Source: Veleropilina oligotropha (lineage: Eukaryota). Taken from it: a stretch of 64,000 nt of DNA. Made by a program: the position numbers and the translations under genes. This document shows positions 1-11,300 of the stretch, one piece after another; within the stretch, counting starts at the first letter, position 1; each line of letters opens with the position of its first letter. The stretch lies in contig JBEUKZ010000125.1 in NCBI GenBank assembly GCA_048128005.1, positions 1 to 64,000 on the forward strand. Reading direction: 5' to 3'. Under the pieces are notes generated by a model. It had not been told where the DNA came from, did not search any database, and saw only the letters and a program-made list of their open reading frames with translations.

Positions 1-203
<203 letters not shown>

Positions 204-589
204 CGCATCGTTAATCGTCGAAATTTTCCTCCGTGTGAACCAAATTTCATAGTAGGCCTCGGTTACATTTAAATTGCAACCTTTAACTCCTACTTAGTGG
301 CGAAATGTTTGTTCATTAATGTAGATAAACATCGTATTTGCACTCTCACGAGAAGGGGTTTCACACCGTTAGTTGTCTACATTTTCTTCCTCGATCATTG
401 ACCTACGGATTTGGACCCCAAATTCCTGAATTCACCCGTGGCCAATATACTCAAGTTATAAGTATAGGCACCGTACTAATTCATTTCTGTGTGGAAGCTT
501 TAACCGTTTGCAATAAACAATATTAATTTATAATGTATTATAAAATTCAAATTTAAGAATAAAGTGCCATAAAAAACGGTAATTTATGC

Positions 590-863
590 CAGAAAGAAAG
601 GATCGATGTTTAATGTCCTGTATATTTCCAACCATCATTTGGTTCAAAGCCGGACATGTCCATATTATCGCGAAAGGAAAACCTGGTCGCCCAGGGGAAC
701 CGCCCTCTCCAACCAGTTGTAATACGGACAACCGTGACTCATAACTTGAACAAATGTGTGATGTCCTGCCGAGTTTTGAACCTATACTACTGTTCGCGTC
801 AGCGGAATCAAGTCAGTGATTTTCGGAGTCCACAACCGATACCACACGACCGTCGAAGCGACC
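590..863 (-). mobile_element. tRNA-derived SINE, diverged copy of the family at 15841
   Basis: The reverse complement matches the 15841 family (ggacatgtcc, cataacttgaacaaat, tactgttcgc...gcggaatcaag). Confidence 0.8.
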
Positions 864-1551
864 ACAGATTCGACGCTAAGTTTAATTTCATCAATCTACC
901 CCATTTATGGCGCCCCCTTCAAAATAAAAGTTACGCGCCCGGCACGATATATGGAATAAATACGGTAATTAAGATTCTTGGCATATATCGTAATTTTATA
1001 TCATATTTTATGTCCATTATTTAAAGTCTAATTTTTTTGCAAATGCTAGAGTGCAGGAGAACGCATCTAAGACTTTTTATAATGAATACAAAAAATCGGA
1101 TACCCCGAACCCCCTACCAGACTACGGCCCCCTTTTCAGAAATCCTGGATCTGCTCCTGTTAATAATCGCACAACGTGCCATTAGGCGAGCGAATTGGAG
1201 TATACGTTTTATCCACCACATCGCCGCGCGGGCTGCCACAATATGCAATAGGGTCTACAAGCATGGTTTTTCAAGAGATATCCAACTTTTGTAACAAGTT
1301 AAAAGTAGAGTCACAAATCAAATGGCCAGGTGAATTAGAGGATTAAAATACGAGGACAGGCTGTTAATGACAACGGCATGCTGATATCTGGTTGAATTAT
1401 TTAAAATGTTTACAGAAACAATAAAATGTTGGTAGTATAGTTAGGCCTAGTTATTTTTTAGTACAAACCAACATGACAATATGTAGGCCTCATACAATTT
1501 TAAAGTCGTGTCTTTGAGACATGATAGATCATCAGAAAAGTGCGTTGTTAA

Positions 1552-1781
1552 AGGGGCACTGTATACCTGGACGTCAAGGAAAATCACTGCAGTTAGATTT
1601 TCTCGAACGAGGCTGTGACTATTTATAGAACACCTTTTTTAGCGTGCGATAGCCTCGCGAATTAATAGTCGTGTCAAGAAACATGGACAAATTAACTTAG
1701 AAAAGCGTAAAATCATTAATTACAGAAAGGTGGGAGCTACTAAAATGAGAGATGCGTTCTACATAGGGTATAAGTTCCCCT
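1552..1781. mobile_element. Small TIR element with TTAA target duplication (Kolobok-like MITE)
   Basis: ttaa|AGGGGCACT...AGTTCCCCT|ttaa. Confidence 0.6.
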
Positions 1782-2215
1782 TTAAGAGTAGCGGTAATTA
1801 TATAGGCCTACGTACGAACCCTTCGGGAACACACTTTCTAATTCCAAACAATATCTAAATAAGAAACGGGAGTTGCCCCTGAAACAACTAACAGAAAATG
1901 ACTGTTGACAAAAGGGGAGATTTCAAATATAGATTCCTATACCTAATACATGTCAACTAATGAAGGTTTGTCGAAATACTGAATTATATCTTCTTCACTG
2001 ACATTAACTGACAAAAAGCATTGCCATATAAAATAATTAGGCCTTGCATGGATGTAATTATATTATTGCCGCAGAGGATAATAATATGTGTTTTTGTCGG
2101 AGTGTTCCGAATAAAAGGACGTCTGCTTCAAACACATCTGTAATCGATGGTTATAGGCGAATAATGCACATTTTAACTTGTCTTTTAAACATTTGTTTTT
2201 CTTCCATCCTTACAG

Positions 2216-2384
2216 ACGTATGATTTCTGGGATTCTGCCAACAACCAACCAAATCGCATGTGGCAGAGCGCATACAACGCGCGCGAAAATTGCGCCGTGC
2301 TCCTTCCGTCCGCCAACTGCAGATGGCGCGACCGAGTGTGCAGCATTTCTTACTACTCCATTTGCAGTGTTGGGGCCGCGGCAG
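2216..2384 (+). CDS. Exon: C-terminal half of C-type lectin domain 0
   Basis: ttacag|ACG...GCAG|gtaaat. Translates as TYDFWDSANNQPNRMWQSAYNARENCAVLLPSANCRWRDRVCSISYYSICSVGAAA (QPN, ENC, WRD..C motifs). Not in the ORF track in this frame. Confidence 0.85.
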
Positions 2385-5300
2385 GTAAATATTAGGGATC
2401 GCCACAACGGGATGAAATTATGTTATGCCCATGTTGAATTGCGCATCACCCTCTATTCTGAAAAAAGGAAGAATAATTCGTATTACTATTATACAGTACA
2501 GTACTGTTATTACATGTAGGCCTACTGTATCGAAATCATGTACCTGCGTTGGAGAGTCCACACAAACGTGCTGAATAGACATTTTGTAAACAATATCAAC
2601 TGAATTTCAACAGTTCCTTTTCGTAGGCCTACAAGCCACAACGTCGTTGCTGCTTAAAATTCTACCAGGACAAGTTTGGAGAATTATCATATATGACGAT
2701 AGACTAGTCACTATGTGACGTAGTGTAAGACTAGGGGGATTTGTAATTGTGCATTCATTATTAATTTTTTGGGGAGAAATTTTTATTCCAAATGCTCGGT
2801 AGGCCTAGTACTAGTCTGACAGCCGGGGGCAAAACCCCAACATCCCGGTAAAAGTTTTTTTTATTGTTGATTATTCATCTATGGAATGTATGTAATATGT
2901 TCCAGGGGGTGGGGAGATCTCACCCTTGGGTAGCATCATGCGCATCAGGCCTCTGCGCACATCCGGATAAACCTCGTCCGAGAGGGCCTGATAAAGGTGC
3001 TATTAAAAACTTGTGACCGATAGACGGCGCTGTGTTTACAAATGGCGACCACTGCCATGAAGATATCTTCGCACGGTTCGTACCGAATTCGAGATCATTA
3101 GATACAGAATAAATTGTGTTGTGTTACGCAAAGTCATCTGACGATGTATTATTTGCCAATTTGAATATTTTTGCCATTCCACAATTAATTAATAGCAGTG
3201 ATTTACTATGTTGGGTGGGATATCCCATGTCCGCTTTCAAGTGACCTATATTTAGATACGATAACTTCAGTCTGACATACAATGACCGATATGGGTTTCA
3301 ATATGGACTATATAAAACGAATAGAAGTCATGGCAACACATATTTAGAATCATTTGAGAATTAAACCCAGGAAACGCCCAAACATAATTCATATACTACT
3401 AGTAATCTATTTTTGACTTTTATTTGAAATCATATTGGTGGGTGTGTATGAGGTGTGTCCTGATCGTCCAATCAAAAACTTTACCCGTTTTTCGGTAAGC
3501 CTCGATTTGGCGTCACAAGTTTTTAATAGCACCTTTATCAGGCCCTCTCGGACGAGGTTTATCCGGATGTGCGCAGAGGCCTGATGCGCATGATGCTAAC
3601 CCTTGGGCAACTTTTTGGCGGCCATTTAAAAAAAAAATGGCCGCCAAATAAAATTTCATCTGCTATTATCTTGATCCTCGAAAACCATATGGACAAGATT
3701 CTGGTGCCTACACACATTTTCATATTCAATAAACAAGATTAGAATACTATTTTAGTAAAATTTGGTGTTTTAGAGGAGGTAGTCACATTAAAATTCAAAA
3801 TGGCCGCCAAAATGGTTGCAATTCAAACACCTGTTTGCTCATATCTTGAACTGTGATGTTCATAGATGCATCATTCTGCCGTCTATACCCATGGTTCCAG
3901 GCTCAGTGAACATGGTGAGATCAACAATAATAATACTAAATGATTTGGTAGAGGCTCTCAAAATGGCCGCCAAATGCGTACGCCATCCAAAGAGCTACTA
4001 GTCAAGTATAGTCAGAAGCTGATTATTAGACTAACCCCAAAATCTCGGTGTAAGTTTGTTTGCAGCTGAATATTTAACTATGACATGCCTTTGATGAGTT
4101 TCAGGGGTGCGCGGTGTTCTCAAACTATTTTTGGCAGCCATTTTTAAAAATGGCTCAGCCGCTGCCAAGTAAAATTTCACTTGCTATATAATATCTTGAT
4201 CCTCGGGAACCATATGGACAAGATTCTGGTGTTTACCCACATGTTTTCATACTCAATAAGCAAGATTAGAATACCTTCAAATGTGTAATATTTGGTGTTT
4301 TGGAGGAGGTAGTCACCTTAAAATTCAAAATGGCCGCCAAACTGGTTGCAAAGCAAACGCATTTTTGCTCATATCTCGAACTGTGATGCTCATAGAGGTA
4401 TCATTCTGGCATTTAAACCTCAGTGAACATGGTGACATGTATACCCATCTATGGCATGTATTTAATATGTTCCATGCGGTGTGGGATCTCACCATTGGCG
4501 ACCATATTAAAAGATGGCCGCCAAGCAAAATTTAATTTGTTTATATGATTTATCTCATTCATTTGGACGCATAGAGACATGATTTTGGTGCCTACACCCA
4601 TGTTTTCTTGGTCAATAAACATGATAAGAAAAATAATAATAGCGTTTGATTATTCAGTAGAGGCCGACATCTTAAATATTAAAATGAGACTCGCCCAAAC
4701 ACTTTTTGTCCTTGAAACACATGCTGTTTATATCTATGACTGGAACTAGTAGAGTCATTATCCAGGAGAATCTTCCTATGGTTCAGGGTCATTACTATAA
4801 TGATAAGAAGATTACAAGTGCAGCTATAAGGACAATGAAGCTCGCCTGGTGTTGCTTATCAGAAATGATAAGAAATTTACCACTTGGTTAAGTTTACGGA
4901 CGACGGGATCAGAAATGGGAATGATATTTCATATAGCTCGATCTCTTTCTGCCTTTCGTGCATTGAATAATTTCGTAGAGTTATGGTCATCTTAAATGTC
5001 AAATGGACGAAAAGCCATCCTCCCTCGACTTTGTCTTGCATGATAATCTTGCAGAGACTGACGGGCCGTGTGACGTGGCCGAACCAACTTCTCATCCGTG
5101 TTTTCGTTGCAAGGATAGGTTCCTGGTGACACTATGTCTTCCGACTTGGCTCCGCAAGTACTCGTTGGTCTTGTTCTCCAGTTAGGAAATGTGGAGCAAC
5201 TTCCTGATTGATTTAATTTCAAATTCCTTCTGTGGTGGGAGTCCGATGTTACTTATCCAAAACCTACTAAGTCTGGCCATCGCTACAGTGGCTTAGCTGT

Positions 5301-8300
5301 GGTGAATCTGTGACTTCCTCTAATGGCTTCCTGTTCATGGTGATGTTGGCATTAATGCTGTAGAGAACAGGAGCGAGAGTTAGCACCCCTGTCTGATGCC
5401 AAAAGTTGTCTGAAAGATCATTCACAGATGACTGTTCCGAAGTACAGCGCTATTGGAGTGCTTGCAGAGCGCCGGGATGACCTGAACAAGGCATTCCCCG
5501 AATTTGTAGCCTCTGAGTACGTTCCAGAGGCCGCCATGCCAAATTCAGTCAAGGGCATTTTTTGGAGGCTATGAAGTTGTGTAAGAGGTAGCGTTGATGT
5601 TGAAGGTGTTTTTAAAGTCTTGACAGTTCCTTCACCTTCTTTTTTCATCAGTTCGGTGGAGACATTGTCCACTCCAGTGCCCAGTTTTATGAGCAAGACG
5701 TAGCTCTAGTCCAGGACTAGTGTAGATTATATATTACCATTGCTCAAGGATTAAAATGTTGATTGTTTTTTAGGAAAGCGGGCAATGCTAGTTCTTGCTA
5801 AGACACATTGCATAAGTTAAGCAATATGTAGCCTAGCCCGCTCTCCTCTCGTTTTAGTCATGGAAAAACGGTAAGCTAGGCCTGGACTAGAGCTACGCCT
5901 TGCTCATAAAACCGGGCACTGGTGACTTGCCTGCATTTAGGCTCTTCAATGCTGCAGTTACATCCTCCTTCAGTTCCGATAGACTGTTTTCACTCTCTGT
6001 GATAATTTGGTTGCCTTACAAAATTGAGAGGTATGGGTGGGGTTCATAGTTGTACCGGCTCTCACAGTACTTCTCCAGGACTTCGTCGCTGAATGTCAGT
6101 AGCATACCCTCTTCATCAACGATGACAGCTGTCATCGGCTGACTGGACTTCATTATGGATCCACACTGCGCCTCTCTCATCTTCTTCCTGACCTCTCTAT
6201 GCACTTGTTAATATTGCACCCTTGATTCATTGCATGTATGCTTCTGACCACTCAGTTCTCGTCTCGTGGATTTTCTTCCGCTTAATCCCCAGTATCTCAT
6301 CAGCTGTTGCAAGTAGTACTTCTGTGAAGTCATTGGCAAGATTGTCTACTTCGTTACCGAAAAGGTTGTGGGCTGCGAACTTCCCATCACTTTGAGCCTA
6401 GAACACCTCAGCGATTATACGGAATGTTATGCCTCTTGTGCATAATTTCTAGTCATGGCATTCTAGACTAGTCATATTGCTATTTGTCAGTGATGTTTCA
6501 ATGTGTACTTCATACAGTATTAATGCTCCCTGATGAACAATTTCTTGTCAGGTCATTCTAATATAGTCATATTGCTATTATGTTAATTATGTTTCAATGT
6601 GTAGTTGTAATGTTATAAATTATGATCCAATGTATATAGTTACAAACATACTTACGTCCTTACTCTTGCCATAATAGTACATTATCGCCCAAACCGGAAA
6701 TGGTGAATATGTCCCATAATGCACCGTTAATAAGCCAAAAAAAGCACACGGTTACCTCCCCTGCTCCTATCCCATCACGTTCCTTAGTGAGACTTCGCCA
6801 AGTCTCGCGAGACTTCTGAACAATAGAAGTCCTAAGACCTCAATTCAAAGTTTTCCGCTGTCGCGGAAAGACGTTGTTTTGCTCCGCAAATATTTCGATA
6901 TAGGCGCCCGATTTCACGTTAAATCAGGGCGCAGTTTCTGCTTATATAGTATATAAGTAGTGGAATATAACCCTGTGTTGTGGATCTAAAACACATGTGA
7001 ATATAAGAAGAGTGATTCTCAAACTTCGAGGAAGTTCTGGACATCAAAGGAAACCGACATCGTCGTCAAGGACGCCGTGGCCGTTAAAGATGGCCGCTTA
7101 GAGGGAAAGTTTCGAGTGTTAGCTGAAATTTCTGGTCGGTATAATTATCTGATATTGTTTGAGACTGCAAACAGGTAACTCATTATATTGGATAATTCCT
7201 TAACAACGCTATTTGCTGGTTATTTATTATATAAAAAATTTCTAGCGTTGTTAAAAAGGCAGGATCTTTTGATATTAAGCTTGCGTTAATTTTCTGATAT
7301 CCTGCCGTGGCTGGGATAATACGCCATTGTACTAACATAAAACATCCACGAGGTTTTCAGGTGTTTTTCTGGGCGGTTTTTTCGAGGAAATAACCTCCCT
7401 TTGTTTTAGTCAATTTGCCGGGTTACCGGGTCGGTCGGGTAAAATACCCGACCTCGGTGTTCCCAGTTCGGGGTTTTTAATAACGGTATATCGCTTGATC
7501 TCTAATCTTCAGATCAGGACAATTCTGTGAGTTGTCGTAGTACTCCCTCCAAGGAAAGAAGTCTCAACTACCATATATATACCTATTTATCTACCCCGTC
7601 TACCCACGTCCACCCTCCCGTGTATTTAGCTATGGTCCGGTGCAGTAGCTCCGGGTGTAACCAGAAAATTCACGCATTTGATAGGCACAAGGAATGTTGT
7701 ACTCACCGTAGCTGTAGTATACATCATCAATGTGATCTGTGCTTTCTTCTATCAGATAAGCAGTGGGCAACCCTGTCTCACCACGGTAAGTCGACCAGGG
7801 CGACTGCCACGGTGGGTCCTCCCCCGGAGAAGGGTCAGGAAGAGACCGGTAAGTTACCTAACGTTTCTTCTTTGTCTGCTTCAGGGACGCTGGACGACAG
7901 CCGACACAAGGGGACGTCTGTCGCCGGATCCACCGGCGAAACCTCCGCGACTCTTGGGAGAGTCACCGAAACCTTGCCGGTACCCAAGATTCAGGTAAAG
8001 ACCCGAGTGTCGACCGATCCTCCAAAACCGGGCCTAGTAGCTGCAGTCAGCCATACCTTGCCGGCTAGCAAGGTATACATGACAGCGCAGCGAACAGCTG
8101 TACAGGGCAGACCATCCCCATCCTTTTCTTCGGCCTCGAAGAATAAGGGGACAGTTAGTCCTTCTGCGGTACACTCTCCGTCTAGCGACGGTGAAAGAAC
8201 CAATGCAGAGAAAGCCTTTAAAGAGGCCGGGCACCTACTTGTAGGTCTAAGACTCGGACAATCGGCGAAACCTGAATCCTCGGTCGAGAACGATGCGACT

Positions 8301-11300
8301 TCCCCTAGGGGTTTTCCGCTCAACCTCGAAGCTCACGAGACATTCAGAGGGCCCGGTCTCTCCCGTGCACCCACCGTGGTCACGCTAGAGAACGTGGACA
8401 GACCGGCTGCGTTCGGGACGGGGTTCTACGGCGGTTTTCCGTCCGTGCCTCGCTCGAACAGAGTGGTAGACCGATCAGAACTGTTGCCGCAGTCCTATCG
8501 GTCGTCCGGCCCACTGACTGCGCCTCCGGGCCAGTCCTTCGGGTTCGACCCCTCGACAAGTGCCCGTGGACCCTGGTCCTCGGTACCACCTGTCCGTGCA
8601 GCCCGTCTACCTAGCGCCACGGTTACCTCGACAGAACTACCGGCTGTTAGTTCGTCGCCCGTCCTGCCTCCGGGTTTCTCTTTTGAGAACGTCCAGGCAT
8701 GGATCGCGGCGGGGATCGAGGAACGGTGTAAGGCCTGGCCGACGGCTCCCGAGCCGCACCTGGTACCTACACTTCTGCCCATGGCGCAGAGCACGGCTCC
8801 TGCCTCAGTGATAGACATCGACCCTCGTTCCGACGAGGATCTCTGTTCAAATCACACCGACCTCCCTGAATCGGTCGGGTCCGAAGACATTAGTCTTACA
8901 GGCACGCAGGAGCCGACCTCCTCCACCCGCCGAAGGCTCGACGCTGTTGCGTCACTTCGCGGGGTGCTTGGCTTGTCGGAACCGACTCGGTCGGCTGTAG
9001 ACGTAGCCAAGCATAGGACGGCAGCACATCGGTTTGTTGCGAGGGAAGCCCCCGAGCTCCCCTCCTTACCTCAGTCCGGGCTGGTGGATCTTGTTGTAGA
9101 CTCGATCACCAAGCTCGTTCAGGGGCGCAATCCGGTGGAGTCCTCCCCGCTGAACGAGTTCCCTTCGGGGTTCCGTAGTGAGAGGTACCTCCGGGCCAGT
9201 ACTCGAGCGATCCCGTTCGAATGCACTGGCCCGTGCCTGGCGACTGAGCCGGCTCGTGTTGACGCTTCGTTGCGTCGACTGACCGCCAGTCACACTCCCT
9301 CCGTAGCGAAAGTTCCTTGGTCCGCCTTGGAAGCTTTCGAGAGCTCCGCCCGACGGGCTCTGCGGCTATCGTCCGTTCAGGATTTTTTCCTAGACGGGGC
9401 GATAGCCGTATTACAGGAGAATGGACCCGGCGCCACCGAGGCTGCCCTGTCCTTCCTCCAGGAGGTTGCTGCCGCGCAGGAGACCAGCGCGTTGGAGACG
9501 GGACGTGTCCTGGGCAATGCCCTCCTACTTCGTAGGGATGCTTGCCTGGAAGGTACCTCGCTGGACGAGCCCACCCGGCGCTCGTTGCGATGCGTACCTT
9601 GCTCGGCCACCACTCTCTTTGGTGACAACTTCACGGAGTTTGTTGACAAGAGAGCGGCGGACATTAAGGACCGTGCCATCGAGAAGGCAGTACTGCTCCC
9701 CACCCGGGGTCCACCTGCCAACTCGAAGAAGCGCTCCGGGCCCACCCCGGCCCCGAAGCCTTCTAAGCGTGCGAAGCCCTCTTCGGGTGGTAGGCCTCCG
9801 GCCAATAAACCCACTCCAAAGAGGCAAGCACCTCCAGCGAAATCCCGCAAGCAGAGCGGGATAGGGAAGCCTCGGCCCTAGGGCTGCCGGCATTCGCGAC
9901 GGCCCCAGTTGCCCGCTCCCGCCGGTGGGAGCGTGCCTGTTAGCACACAGCCAGCCCTGGCTAGAGCTGACAGACAGCAACTGGGTCCACTTAGTCGTGA
10001 GTGCCGGATACAAGTTGGCATTCAACCGGCATCCGACCTTAACCGAGGCACCACCAACAAGACACGCTCGCCTCCTAAACGGAGAGAAACAAGCGGTCTT
10101 AGACCAGGCAGTGCGGGATTTGCTCCTAAAAAGAGCGATATATCCCGCGCCGCCCAGCACACCAGGATTTTACAGCCATTTCTTCCTGGTCCCGAAACCC
10201 GATGGCCGCTGGAGACCGATCCTCGATCTCTCGTACCTAAACCTATATCTTCGTACCGAGAAATTCCAGCAAGAAACCCTCTCGAAGATTCGAGCGGCCA
10301 TCCGTCCGGGCGACTGGGCAGCGTCTATCGATCTCGCCGACGCGTATCTGCATGTCCCGATGCATATCACGGCTCATCAGTACCTTCGGTTTATACACGG
10401 GGAGACGATCTACCAATTCAGGTGCCTACCGTTCGGTCTATCGTCAGCCCCGTACGTCTTCACGAGAACAGTACAGGCCCTGGGGGCCTTCCTACACTCT
10501 CTAGGGCACAGGGTACATATGTACCTCGACGACTGGCTGATCCTCGGGGCGTCCCGAGATCTGTGCCTCCGGTCTACGAGCTTTACCCTGTCATCGACGA
10601 AGCGCCTGGGATTTCAGATCAACGAGACAAAATCCTGCTTCGTGCCCTCGACGACGTTTACGTTCCTCGGAGTCGACTTCGATACGGTCCGGTACACCGC
10701 GAAGCCGACCCAGAAGCGTATGCGGAACCTACGCGCGGTTATCCAAGACACCCTGTCATCGGACATAACTACGGCGCGACAACTGGCCACTGTCCTGGGG
10801 CACATCGAGTCGGTAGCGCCCCTGCTACCGACGGGTCGCATGGAAAAAAGACCGTTACAACAGGCTTTCAGGGATCGCTGGATACAACGGACGGGGCAGT
10901 GGAAGGATCGCATCGATCTACGGCATTGGTTTACCGACACGACAGCAGTGTGGTTGAACCCCGCTTTGCCGGACCAGTCGGTTCCTATATCCCCACCAGA
11001 GCCGAACGCTTACCTGTTCACAGACGCTTCGAACGACGGCTGGGGTGGTCACCTCGACAGTTACGAGACATCAGGCCTATGGCCGACAGACCTTCAGGGA
11101 CGACATATCAACTTCCTAGAGTTAGAAGCCGTCTACCTGTCAGTACGGTCCCTCTCGTCACATCTCCGCAACAAGCATATAATGCTCGCCACGGACAACA
11201 CGACTGTCGTCGCTTACATACAGCACCAGGGCGGTACACGCTCGCGTCCCCTATGCGACCGAGCAATAGACCTACACCGCTTAGTGATGTCCCTCAACTC

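Noticed and set aside
1188..1294. Possible upstream coding exon of the lectin gene
   Set aside because: No CTL motif in the + frames I read, and no phase-compatible strong splice sites.
7527..7631. N-terminal extension of gag from the GTG at 7527
   Set aside because: This is a bacterial-style start call. The ATG at 7632 directly precedes the conserved Cys/His finger.
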